NCBI GenBank assembly: GCA_963976655.1
Contig: CAXBLB010000010.1
Location: 32,725-96,724, forward strand
Direction of reading: 5' to 3'
Source: an uncultured Halieaceae bacterium
Lineage (GTDB): Bacteria; Pseudomonadota; Gammaproteobacteria; Pseudomonadales; Halieaceae
Length of the DNA: 64,000 nucleotides
Positions 37,146 through 46,486 of the stretch are shown in pieces. Position 1 is the first letter of the stretch. Each line of letters opens with the position of its first letter. The notes beneath the pieces are model-generated. The model was given only the letters and a program-made list of their open reading frames with translations. It made no database searches and was not told the DNA's origin. The position numbers and the translations under genes were made by a program.

Positions 37146-38522
37146 ATGGCTGAACCGTTTCAGGAGCAGGGTGGCGCCTCCACCATGGACCCGGGGCGTG
37201 TCCGGCGTTGGCTGACATCGAGGGTGATGACGCGGCTCTGTCGGCCAGAGCGCATGGCGCGGCTGCGGGCGAAAGCTGAGCAACGTCGCAAGCGGGCCGG
37301 GCAACGCCACGTCGTAGAAGTGTTCTATCAGCCTGACGACAGCTACAGCCATCTCCTGGCACAGGTATTACCGGCCTTTGCAGCGCGCTACGACGTGGAG
37401 CTGATATGCCACCTCGTCGCGGGGCCCGGCGGCAGAAATGTGCCCGAGCCCGAGTTGCTGACGCGCCTGTCTCGCTACGATGCACGCTGTATCGCGCCTG
37501 GCTACGGCCTCACATTTCCCGGGCGCGACGATGCGCCACCGCCGGCTGCGTTGAGCGAACTCGCGGGCAGCGTATTGGGAGGCCTCGATAATACGGCGTT
37601 CGTGGAAAACGTGGCCGCCGTGGGTCGCGCGCTCTGGTCGGAGGATGAACTGGCGATGAGCGCGCTGGCCGAGACGCTTGGCCGGGCCCCAAAGGACGCC
37701 GTGACCGCGCGATTCGAGGCCGGGAATACCCGGCGCGCGGAGCTTGGCCACTATGCAGGCGGGATGCTGTACTACGCAGGCGAGTGGTACTGGGGGGTGG
37801 ATCGCCTGTATCACCTTGAGGAGCGCCTCGCGGCACTTGGCGCCGATCGATCCCCGGGCGAGCGCCCACTGGTGCAGAGGCCGGTCATCGACGGCGGGCC
37901 GCTCAGGGATGATGGCAGCCTCACACTGGAAGTGTTTCCCTCCCTGAGAAGCCCCTACACCGCGATCAGCTTCGACCGGGCGCTCAAGCTGGCGGATGAC
38001 AGCGGAGTCACACTCAAGGTGCGGCCGGTGTTGCCCATGGTGATGCGCGGCGCGCCCATCACCCGGCAGAAGGGAATGTATATCTTCTGGGATACCGCAC
38101 GCGAGGCGCGCGCCGCGGGAGTGCCTTTCGGTCCCTGCTATGACCCCATAGGCGAACCGGTGCGACGCGCCTATGCACTGTATCCGTGGGCCTGCGAGCA
38201 GGGCAGGGGAAACGCACTGATCAGCGCCTTTCTGCATTGCGCCTTCGCACGCGGCGTCAACACCAACCGCGAGGCCGGCATGCGTGAAGTAGTGGAAGCG
38301 GCGGGCCTCGACTGGGCTGAGGCAAAAAAACACAGGCAGGACGCGACCTGGCAGGCGATGCTGGAGGCGAACCGCCTGGCGATGTACGCGGCGGGCCTCT
38401 GGGGCGTGCCGAGCTTTCGCCTGCTTGACGCCAGCGGCAGTGAGTTGCTCGCGCTGTGGGGGCAGGATCGTCTCTGGGTCCTCGCACAGGAAATTCAGCG
38501 ACAACTGGCGGCGCGCCGCTAG
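37146..38522 (+). CDS. Tandem DsbA / HCCA-isomerase (kappa-GST) domain protein
   Basis: Two thioredoxin-like repeats: FYQPDDSYSHL...WGVDRL and FPSLRSPYT...WGVPSF...WGQDRL. Confidence 0.78.
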   Translation: MAEPFQEQGGASTMDPGRVRRWLTSRVMTRLCRPERMARLRAKAEQRRKRAGQRHVVEVFYQPDDSYSHLLAQVLPAFAARYDVELICHLVAGPGGRNVPEPELLTRLSRYDARCIAPGYGLTFPGRDDAPPPAALSELAGSVLGGLDNTAFVENVAAVGRALWSEDELAMSALAETLGRAPKDAVTARFEAGNTRRAELGHYAGGMLYYAGEWYWGVDRLYHLEERLAALGADRSPGERPLVQRPVIDGGPLRDDGSLTLEVFPSLRSPYTAISFDRALKLADDSGVTLKVRPVLPMVMRGAPITRQKGMYIFWDTAREARAAGVPFGPCYDPIGEPVRRAYALYPWACEQGRGNALISAFLHCAFARGVNTNREAGMREVVEAAGLDWAEAKKHRQDATWQAMLEANRLAMYAAGLWGVPSFRLLDASGSELLALWGQDRLWVLAQEIQRQLAARR

Positions 38523-38715
38523 CGGGAATCGGGGCGACTTCCAGACAAGTGTTGCCGTTGTAAACATCGCGCAATATAGTGGGCAACCCCGCGCGGCGAC
38601 GCGACTTCCGCCGGCGCCACTTGCGTATGCAATTGAGGCAATACGGGCAACCAATCGATTTGATCAGCGCTCTAGTGAGACGCAATGAGTGAGCGCAAAG
38701 ACAGGGAGAGAAACG

Positions 38716-39894
38716 ATGGATACGCAGTTCAGCCAGGAAGATCTCGCGTTTCGGGACGCAGTCAGGACATTTCTCGATAGCGCCTGGACAGATGAACTCA
38801 AGGCCAAAATCGGCAACCTTGCCACCATGCGCGATGGCATGATCGAGTGGCAGCGCAGGCTGCACGCACAGGGCTGGGTAGCACCCAACTGGCCGGTGGA
38901 ACACGGGGGCACGGGCTGGAGCGTGACGCAGACGTTTATTTTCAACTCCGAACGGGCTGCCGCGGGCGCGCCCGATGTCATGCCGTTTGGCGTGGTCATG
39001 GTGGCCCCGGTAATCATCGCCTACGGCAATGAGGAACAGAAGGCGAAATTCCTGCCGCGCATTCTCAGCAGTGAGGACTGGTGGTGCCAGGGCTATTCAG
39101 AGCCCGGCGCAGGTTCGGATCTGGCGTCGCTGAAATGTCGCGCCGACCGCGAAGGCGACGAGTATGTCATCAACGGCAGCAAGATCTGGACGACCTACGC
39201 CCAGTACGCCAACTGGATTTTCTGCCTGGTGCGCACTGACAGTTCGGGCCGCAAGCAGGAGGGCATCACATTCCTGCTGATCGACATGAACAGCCCGGGC
39301 GTGACGGTGCGCCCGATTGACACCATTGATGGCTTTCACCACCTGAACGAAGTGTTCTTTGAAAATGTGCGCGTCCCAGTGGAAAACCGCATTGGGGAGG
39401 AGGGCAAGGGCTGGACCTATGCGAAGTCGCTGCTGGTGCACGAGCGCCTGTCGATCGCAGAGGTTGCGGATTCCAAGCGCGGGCTGAAGGAGGTGCGTGA
39501 ACTGGCGCGCCGTGAAACCGGCGGCGGGAGTTCCCTGCTCAGCGATCCGCTGTTTGCCCAGCGTCTGGTAGAGACCGAGATTAAACTGATGGCGGTGGAA
39601 TATACGGAGTTGCGCGCACTGGCGGCCATAGCGGAGGGTAAGGAGCCCGGCCCGGAATCCTCCCTGTTAAAGCTCCAGGGCACCGAGATCCAGCAGGCGG
39701 TCCAGGAGTTGCGCATGGATGTCGCAGGCTACTATAGCGGTACCCTGCAGGGCGAGCTCAGCGCCGAACAGCTTGGCCACCAGTTCGCGGACTATGCACA
39801 GAAGCAGTATTTCCGCGGCCGCGCCAGTTCGATCTACGGCGGCTCCAATGAAGTACAGAAAAATATCACCGCCAAGTACGTGCTCGGACTGTAG
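38716..39894 (+). CDS. Acyl-CoA dehydrogenase, PimC/FadE large-subunit-like
   Basis: WCQGYSEPGAGSDLASL, NEVFFENV, SIYGGSNEVQKNI. Confidence 0.88.
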   Translation: MDTQFSQEDLAFRDAVRTFLDSAWTDELKAKIGNLATMRDGMIEWQRRLHAQGWVAPNWPVEHGGTGWSVTQTFIFNSERAAAGAPDVMPFGVVMVAPVIIAYGNEEQKAKFLPRILSSEDWWCQGYSEPGAGSDLASLKCRADREGDEYVINGSKIWTTYAQYANWIFCLVRTDSSGRKQEGITFLLIDMNSPGVTVRPIDTIDGFHHLNEVFFENVRVPVENRIGEEGKGWTYAKSLLVHERLSIAEVADSKRGLKEVRELARRETGGGSSLLSDPLFAQRLVETEIKLMAVEYTELRALAAIAEGKEPGPESSLLKLQGTEIQQAVQELRMDVAGYYSGTLQGELSAEQLGHQFADYAQKQYFRGRASSIYGGSNEVQKNITAKYVLGL

Positions 39895-39904
39895 GAGACC
39901 AGCG

Positions 39905-41074
39905 ATGAACTTTAACCTGAACGAAGAGCAGATCCTGATCAAGGATAGCATCGCCCGCTTTGTCGACGAGCAGTATCCTTTCGATAAACGTAATGCCACG
40001 GTGGCCATGCAACATGGCTTTAACCCGGATCACTGGCGCCAGTTCGCGGAACTCGGCTGGCTGTCCATTCCCTTTGCTGAAACGCACGGCGGGTTTAGCG
40101 GCGGGCCGGTGGACACCATGGTGATCATGCAGGAATTTGGTCGCGGCCTGGTGGCGGAACCCTATCTGGCAACGGTGCTGTTGTTTGGGGGCCTGCTGGA
40201 GGCAGGTGCCGATGCCGAAGTACAGGAGCAGTATATTCCGCAGATTATCGCGGGAGAGTTACAGGGCGCTTTCGCCTATCTGGAGCAACAGAGCCGCTAT
40301 GCGCTGTCAGACATCGCCACCAGCGCGAGTGAACAGGACGGCGGCTGGATACTGAACGGCGAGAAAGCCGTGGTTCTCAATGGTGGCGCCGCGCAGAAGC
40401 TGATTGTGGCCGCGCGCACCGGAGACGCGCAAACAGACGAATCGGGCATTAGCCTGTTTCTGGTCGATGCGCAGGCCCCCGGCCTGGCGCGCACCAGCTA
40501 TCGCATGACAGACGGGCAGGAAGCGGCAAATATCCAGTTCAGTGATGTAGCCGCCGAGAGCGTTATCGGCGAGATTGGCCGGGGCTTTGAACTCATGCAA
40601 CCGGTGATCGACAATGCCATGCTGGCAACTTGCGCACAGGCCCTGGGCGCCATGGAATATCTGCAGCAGGCAACGCTCGAGTACTGCAAAACGCGCGAAC
40701 AGTTCGGCGTGCCGATCGGTTCTTTCCAGGCGCTGCAGCATCGGCTCGTGGATACTTTCGCGGCCTGTGAAAATACCCGCTCGCTGCTCTATCGCGCCGT
40801 GTGCGCAATGCAGGCTGACAGCGACGACGCCGCGAGAAGCCTGCTGGCGCTCAAGGTCATGGCCGGCAGGGCGGGACGCCACATTGGCGGCGAGGCTATC
40901 CAGTTGCACGGCGGTATGGGAATGACCAACGAATTGTCGGTGGGCTTCTACGTCAAACGTCTGATGATTCTCAACACGCTGTTCGGCGATGCCGATCACC
41001 ACGCGCAACGCTTTGCCGCGCTGGTCAATGCCTCAGGGTCGGCCGGCTCGGATTCGGCCGCTCAGGCGGCCTGA
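39905..41074 (+). CDS. Acyl-CoA dehydrogenase, PimD/FadE small-subunit-like (heteromeric partner)
   Basis: MNFNLNEEQ, REQFGVPIGSFQALQHR, QLHGGMGMT, LFGDADHH; lacks the canonical catalytic motif. Confidence 0.85.
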   Translation: MNFNLNEEQILIKDSIARFVDEQYPFDKRNATVAMQHGFNPDHWRQFAELGWLSIPFAETHGGFSGGPVDTMVIMQEFGRGLVAEPYLATVLLFGGLLEAGADAEVQEQYIPQIIAGELQGAFAYLEQQSRYALSDIATSASEQDGGWILNGEKAVVLNGGAAQKLIVAARTGDAQTDESGISLFLVDAQAPGLARTSYRMTDGQEAANIQFSDVAAESVIGEIGRGFELMQPVIDNAMLATCAQALGAMEYLQQATLEYCKTREQFGVPIGSFQALQHRLVDTFAACENTRSLLYRAVCAMQADSDDAARSLLALKVMAGRAGRHIGGEAIQLHGGMGMTNELSVGFYVKRLMILNTLFGDADHHAQRFAALVNASGSAGSDSAAQAA

Positions 41075-41112
41075 TCACGGGCGGCATACTGCTTGCTGAG
41101 GGCCTCGCGGAT

Positions 41113-42204
41113 TCAGACCATCTTATGGCTTGATCCGAACGGCGGGGTCAGGGTGCGGTTCACTCCGCTCTCGACATCCCCCACTCGCCACAGCGGCTCC
41201 CAGGCGCCATGCCTGTCAAGCACGTCGCGAACGCTGGAGCGCGCGCTTTCCGGCAACGCCTCAAAGTGATATCGGAGCTGTTCCAGACACCACATCCGGT
41301 AGCGTGAAGTGCGTGCCTTGCGATAGGTCACGCCGCCAACTGTGGGGCTGAAGCGCGACCTCCCTGCGGCGACTGCCTCTGCATTCGCACACAGATAGGG
41401 CAGATACACCGCGCCGATGTCGCGCAGCCAGGGGCTCCAGTCTTCGGGTATTTCGTGCAACCAGTCGGCTGTGACACTTTCCGGGCGACAGTTCCAGAGC
41501 CTCGCCACCCATTCAAACACTGCCGGGGCACGCTGTTTCATGATTTCCGCCGGCACGGGATCCTGGGAAAAGTGACGCAGGAATGGGCCGGCAAAGGCGA
41601 TATCCGCGAGGCTGGGGCTGTTGCCCAGCAGGTATGCACGTTGTTGCAGTGCCGCGTCCAGCCAGGCGAGGTTGTTCAGGTAGATAGCTTCCACCTGGCG
41701 ATGATTCGCCTCGGTGACACCATCCCCCACGGTGTAGGTACCCCGCTGACGCCGGCGTAAATACCAGCGTTTCAGCGGAGGGGGAACCGGCACACCCGCT
41801 GTCAGTTCGTCGGCCAGGTGGCGGCTTTGCAATAAGGCGCTGCCCGTGTAGTACCAGCGGAAATGCATGGCTGGACGCCATAGCCATTCATCCGCATAGT
41901 CTTCGAGTAGCAGGCAGAAAAATCGCAGTACCGGCTCCTGGGGTATTACCGGTGGCAGCGGTTGCTGTTGTTCCAGCCAGGCGATAATCGGCGTGGTGTC
42001 GGAAAGCCAGCGCCCGTCTGCGAGTTGCACCGCCGGCATTTGCGAGGTTCCCGTGGCGCGTCGCACAATGGGCATGATGCGCCGACCATGCATGGGTTCA
42101 AGGGTGTAGGCAATATTCTTTGCGCGCAGATACACTTCCAGCTTGCCGGTGAAATACGACAGGGTAGAGCCGTAAACCGTGAGCGGCGAAATTGTACCGT
42201 GCAT
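41113..42204 (-). CDS. Glutathione S-transferase-family protein (long)
   Basis: YGSTLSYFTGKLEVYLRAK, QMPAV, DTTPII, YLLGNSPSLADIAF; paralogous to 35559-36671. Confidence 0.8.
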   Translation of the reverse strand: MHGTISPLTVYGSTLSYFTGKLEVYLRAKNIAYTLEPMHGRRIMPIVRRATGTSQMPAVQLADGRWLSDTTPIIAWLEQQQPLPPVIPQEPVLRFFCLLLEDYADEWLWRPAMHFRWYYTGSALLQSRHLADELTAGVPVPPPLKRWYLRRRQRGTYTVGDGVTEANHRQVEAIYLNNLAWLDAALQQRAYLLGNSPSLADIAFAGPFLRHFSQDPVPAEIMKQRAPAVFEWVARLWNCRPESVTADWLHEIPEDWSPWLRDIGAVYLPYLCANAEAVAAGRSRFSPTVGGVTYRKARTSRYRMWCLEQLRYHFEALPESARSSVRDVLDRHGAWEPLWRVGDVESGVNRTLTPPFGSSHKMV

Positions 42205-42284
42205 GACCGGGATACCTTCTCTGGTGACAACTTTTTTCGACTACGGCTCGAGCGTCAATTCGGGTTGTGAATCCATGCGCTGGC

Positions 42285-43070
42285 TCAAGCCTCTCCCGTT
42301 AGACGCATCTGCAGACGATTCATGCCACTCACCCAGCGGTCGTAATCGGTTGCCTTGCGCTGCATATAATCCCTGACCTGCGGGTGCGTGAGGATGAGAA
42401 AGGCGTCGCGCTCGAGATGTTCCAGCACGATATCGGCCACTTCATCCGGTTCGAGCATGCCATCGGTGCTCGCGGCCTGCGTGCCCGTGTCTTCGCTGTT
42501 GGCGGTCATGGCCGTGCGCACCGCCTGGGGACACAGCACGGAGACCTTGATACCCTTGTGCGCATAGGTCATGCAAAGCCACTCGGCAAAACCCACCGCG
42601 GCGTGCTTGGTAACGCCGTAGGCGGCGCCACCAATCTGGTTCAACAAGCCAGCGGCAGAGGCGGTATTGAGGAAATATCCGCCCCCCCGCTGAAGCATGC
42701 GCGGCACCAGATGACGCGCGGCGTAGACGTGTGCCATCACATTCACATCCCAGCAGAGCTGCCATTCGTGGTTTGCGGATTGCTCGCTCGCGCCCGCACC
42801 CACCCCTGCGTTGGAGCAGAAAAGGTCAATCGGGCCGTACTCGGCTTCCGTGCGTTCAATTACGCCTGCAACTTCCTCTTCCCGCGTTACATCGGCAGTC
42901 ATCGCGGTACATTTCTCGCCCAGGAGGGTAGCCGTCTCCTGTGCCGCCGCGGAGTTGATGTCGACGGCGACGACGGCTTTTGCGCCCGCCTGGCAAAACT
43001 TTGCAGCCAGAGCCCGCCCAATGCCTCCCCCCGCGCCAGTGACGACTACGATTTGGTTATCTGGCTGCAT
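42285..43070 (-). CDS. Short-chain dehydrogenase/reductase
   Basis: TGAGGGIG, SNAG, NTASAAG, YGVTK catalytic motif. Confidence 0.9.
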   Translation of the reverse strand: MQPDNQIVVVTGAGGGIGRALAAKFCQAGAKAVVAVDINSAAAQETATLLGEKCTAMTADVTREEEVAGVIERTEAEYGPIDLFCSNAGVGAGASEQSANHEWQLCWDVNVMAHVYAARHLVPRMLQRGGGYFLNTASAAGLLNQIGGAAYGVTKHAAVGFAEWLCMTYAHKGIKVSVLCPQAVRTAMTANSEDTGTQAASTDGMLEPDEVADIVLEHLERDAFLILTHPQVRDYMQRKATDYDRWVSGMNRLQMRLTGEA

Positions 43071-43159
43071 TGTCCGTCCCCTTTGAAATATCCGCGTTGA
43101 TGATTCAGTTGCTGAAGGTCTGGGGATGGTAGTCTTCGCAACGGATAAAGTCATCTGCC

Positions 43160-43191
43160 GGTATTTGTAGCGATCAATTGCGACAAATACC
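43160..43191. promoter_or_regulatory. 32-bp imperfect inverted repeat between the divergent SDR and egtB genes
   Basis: GGTATTTGTAGCGATC|AATTGCGACAAATACC; 13 of 16 positions symmetric, outer 9 bp perfect. Confidence 0.55.
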
Positions 43192-43404
43192 AGACAACCG
43201 CAAAGCAGGGCCCTCGGTCGCAAGGCCAGTCCAGGCGTTAGGCGGGGACTCGCGCTGGTGCGATTTGGGGATAGCTGCTATGCTCTTTCCCACAAGTGCA
43301 ATAGCAGGAACAGAGAGCCGGCACATGCAACGCACGGCAAAGCAGCAACCTCAGTTCCGGGGCGCACTGGTCCCAGCTTTCACCTGCAGCTAGTTTCATT
43401 CCAC

Positions 43405-44739
43405 ATGCCCGCCAACGCATCTCCACTCGTCTCGCCAGATTCCCTGATGTCACTAGCCAGCGACTACCAGGCGGTCAGAAAGCAGTCGCTCGAATTCTGT
43501 GAGCCGCTGGCAGTAGAAGATTTCGGCTTGCAGCGGGATGCGTTCGTGAGCCCGCCCAAATGGCACCTGGCGCATACCAGCTGGTTTTTCGAAACATTCC
43601 TGCTGCAACCTTTTCTGCCACAGTATCGCGCTCTCGACGAGCGTTACGAGTATCTGTTCAACTCCTATTACAACGCAGTGGGGGAACAGTTTCCACGCGC
43701 CAGCCGGGCGCTGCTGTCGCGACCAACGGTTGCCGAAGTGCGCGAGTATCGCGCGCACGTGGACCATCACATGGCGCGTCTGCTGGCACTGGAAAATCAC
43801 CCCGACTGGCAGCTGATAGGTCAGCGCACACTGCTGGGCATCCAGCATGAAAAGCAGCACCAGGAGCTTTTTTTCACGGACTTGAAGTACTCGCTGGAGA
43901 TGAACCCGCTGGCACCGGTTCTGTGGCCGGGGCAGGCGCTCTCGGCGGAGACATCTGCGCGGCCCCCTGCGGCCGGCTGGCGCCACTTTGAAGGCGGTCT
44001 GGTCGAAGTGGGTTACGCTGGAGACGGATTCTGTTTCGACAACGAACTACCGCGACACCGGTATTATCTGGAAGCTTTCAGCCTGGCTGACAGGCTTGTC
44101 ACCAACGGCGAGTATCTCGAATTCGTCCTCGCTGGTGGCTATCAGCACTCCGAGTGGTGGCTGTCCGACGGCTGGGCGGCCGTGCAGGAAATGCAGTGGA
44201 CAGCACCGCAGTACTGGCGTCGTCGCGACGGGGAGTTTCTCGAGTTCACACTCCACGGCCTCGAACCGCTGAACCCCGCGTTGCCGGTGTGCCATGTCAG
44301 CGCCTATGAAGCAGATGCCTACGCCCGCTGGGCAGGTGCACGGCTGCCTGCCGAGCAGGAGTGGGAGTGGGCGGCAACCCTGGCACGCTCGGGTTCGGTT
44401 CCTGAAACCCCAGCCGCCGGCGCGGCGCATTATCACCCCAGTGCTGCGCCAGACACGGGCAGTCTGCGACAGCTGTTCGGCGAGTGCTGGCAGTGGACAG
44501 CAAGCGCCTACGGCGCCTATCCGGGCTATCGGCCCGCCGCCGGCGCTATCGGCGAATACAATGGCAAGTTCATGAGCAATCAGCTGGTACTGCGCGGAGG
44601 CTCCTGTGTCACGCCGGCGGAGCACGCGCGAACCAGCTATCGCAACTTCTTTTATCCACGCGACCGCTGGCAGTTCAGCGGCATTCGCCTTGCGCGCTCA
44701 GACGAAGCGGCGCGTCCACAACCGGGATTTTCTAAATGA
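43405..44739 (+). CDS. egtB: Ergothioneine sulfoxide synthase EgtB
   Basis: DinB domain WHLAHTSWFFE and HEKQHQEL iron ligands, RASR (RxxR) motif, FGE-sulfatase domain, GEYNGKFM; coupled to egtD. Confidence 0.92.
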   Translation: MPANASPLVSPDSLMSLASDYQAVRKQSLEFCEPLAVEDFGLQRDAFVSPPKWHLAHTSWFFETFLLQPFLPQYRALDERYEYLFNSYYNAVGEQFPRASRALLSRPTVAEVREYRAHVDHHMARLLALENHPDWQLIGQRTLLGIQHEKQHQELFFTDLKYSLEMNPLAPVLWPGQALSAETSARPPAAGWRHFEGGLVEVGYAGDGFCFDNELPRHRYYLEAFSLADRLVTNGEYLEFVLAGGYQHSEWWLSDGWAAVQEMQWTAPQYWRRRDGEFLEFTLHGLEPLNPALPVCHVSAYEADAYARWAGARLPAEQEWEWAATLARSGSVPETPAAGAAHYHPSAAPDTGSLRQLFGECWQWTASAYGAYPGYRPAAGAIGEYNGKFMSNQLVLRGGSCVTPAEHARTSYRNFFYPRDRWQFSGIRLARSDEAARPQPGFSK

Positions 44740-45731
44740 CACAGGCGGCAACGAAGCATGCAAGCGTGAGGTTTATCGATCAGCACCCGGCGGTGACGGT
44801 AGGCACGCAGGAGATTCTGCAGGGGCTTCGCAAACCCCAGAAAGCATTGGAACCAAAGTGGTTTTACGATGAGAAGGGTTCCAGGCTGTTTGACCAGATT
44901 ACCCGCCTGCCGGAGTATTATCCCAGCCGTACCGAGCGCCAGATACTGCAGCATTACAGCAGCGAAATCGCTACGGCTTGTGGTGGCGGCTGTGTGTTGA
45001 TTGAACCCGGAGCGGGCAACTGTGCCAAGGTGCGTATCCTGCTGGATGACCTGCGCCCAGCGGTCTATGCACCCGTGGACATCTCTGCAGACTATCTGTG
45101 GAGCGCAGCGCGCGAGCTGGGCGGTGAATACCCGTGGCTCGATGTAGTCGCCGTGTGTGCCGACTTCAATTGCGACTGGTCGTTTGTAGAGCGCTTGCCG
45201 CCTGGCAAGCGGGTCATATTCTATCCTGGTTCCACCATTGGCAATCTCGAGCCCGCGGCCGCGGCCGTGTTCCTGCGGCGTGTGCGCGCAGTGCTCGGAG
45301 AGGGCGGCGGAGCGCTGGTGGGCGTCGATCTGCATAAATCCTCCACGCGCCTGAATGCCGCATACAACGACGCCGCCGGTATCACAGCAAAATTCAATCT
45401 GAACGTATTGCAACGTTTGAACGAGATCATGGGTGCAGACTTCGATGAATCCCGTTTCCGCCATCACGCCTTCTACAACGGCGCGCGACAACGCATTGAA
45501 ATGCATCTCGTGAGCAAGGGCAGACAGAGCGTGACGCTGGGCGGTGAGCGCATCGATTTCGACGATGGCGAGAGCATTCATACCGAAAATTCCTATAAAT
45601 ACACTGTAGAGGGCTTCGCCGAACTCGCCGCCGGCGCCGGGCTGAGCCTTGAGCGCACCTGGCTGGACGAGGAGGAACTTTTCAGTGTGCACTATCTGCG
45701 GGCCGGCAATGCGCCCACGGGTGCCTCCTGA
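44736..45731 (+). CDS. egtD: L-histidine N-alpha-trimethyltransferase EgtD
   Basis: PKWFYDEKGSRLFDQITRLPEYY, EPGAG, PGSTIGN, AYND..G.TA.FN, HTENSYKY. Confidence 0.93.
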   Translation: MTQAATKHASVRFIDQHPAVTVGTQEILQGLRKPQKALEPKWFYDEKGSRLFDQITRLPEYYPSRTERQILQHYSSEIATACGGGCVLIEPGAGNCAKVRILLDDLRPAVYAPVDISADYLWSAARELGGEYPWLDVVAVCADFNCDWSFVERLPPGKRVIFYPGSTIGNLEPAAAAVFLRRVRAVLGEGGGALVGVDLHKSSTRLNAAYNDAAGITAKFNLNVLQRLNEIMGADFDESRFRHHAFYNGARQRIEMHLVSKGRQSVTLGGERIDFDDGESIHTENSYKYTVEGFAELAAGAGLSLERTWLDEEELFSVHYLRAGNAPTGAS

Positions 45732-45754
45732 CGCCTCAGTCCAAGCCTGGCGTA

Positions 45755-46486
45755 TTGACGCTGCAGTCGGTGACGCGGCGCTACGCACGTGTCAACGCAC
45801 TGGACAATGTCAGCCTGGATTTTCCCGCTGACGCCATTACCGCGGTTATCGGACGCAGCGGTTGCGGCAAATCCACGTTGCTGAAAGTGTGTAACGGGCT
45901 GGAGAGCCCCGATGCGGGGATTGTCCGCGTGTATGGCGAACCACTGGACTACGGCTCGCTTGCCCTCACCAGGCGGCGCATGGGCTACGCGGTGCAGGGA
46001 GTGGGCCTGTTTCCGCACCTCACGGCACGCGGCAACATCATACTGCTGGCGCAACTGGAGGGCTGGTCCGCGCATGCCATCGACCAGCGGCTTGAGGAAC
46101 TGATCGCGCTCACGTGCCTGGAGGCGAGTGCACTGGACCGCTATCCGCACGAATTGAGTGGCGGACAGCAGCAGCGAGTGGGTCTTTGCCGCGCACTGCT
46201 GTTGCGTCCGGCGATTCTGCTGCTGGATGAGCCCTTCGCTGCGATCGACCCGCTGACCCGGCTGGAAATTCACGAACAACTTCTCGCGTTGCACAGCCTG
46301 GAGCCTACTACGGTCGTCCTCGTCACACACGATATGGCCGAGGCCCTGCGCCTCGCGACGAATATCGTGGTGATGGCGGGCGGTCGGATTGTCGAACAGT
46401 GCGACCGCGATAGCCTGCTTTCGCGCGGTGCGGCCACTCAGCCTGAGCATCTGTTGTTGTCGATGCTGGGGGCAGCAACGACGTGA
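45755..46486 (+). CDS. ABC transporter ATP-binding subunit, OpuBA/OsmV (quaternary amine) family
   Basis: GRSGCGKST, LSGGQQQRVG, LLDEPFAAID, VTHD; start uncertain (TTG 45755 or CTG 45728). Confidence 0.88.
   Translation: MTLQSVTRRYARVNALDNVSLDFPADAITAVIGRSGCGKSTLLKVCNGLESPDAGIVRVYGEPLDYGSLALTRRRMGYAVQGVGLFPHLTARGNIILLAQLEGWSAHAIDQRLEELIALTCLEASALDRYPHELSGGQQQRVGLCRALLLRPAILLLDEPFAAIDPLTRLEIHEQLLALHSLEPTTVVLVTHDMAEALRLATNIVVMAGGRIVEQCDRDSLLSRGAATQPEHLLLSMLGAATT

Noticed and set aside
37368-38654. Long antisense ORFs (428 aa here; also 18245-19390, 19543-20562, 20890-21861, 44652-45788, 61225-62169 and others)
   Set aside because: Shadow frames of well-supported genes in high-GC DNA, without motifs
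43200-43404. Possible riboswitch or sigma54 site (CGGCACATGCAACGCA, 43319-43334) in the egtB leader
   Set aside because: No SAM or c-di-GMP riboswitch core recognised; the -12 element deviates at two positions
43405-44739. Selenoneine synthase SenA or ovothiol synthase OvoA instead of EgtB
   Set aside because: No senB/senC (selD) neighbours and no C-terminal methyltransferase domain; coupled to egtD
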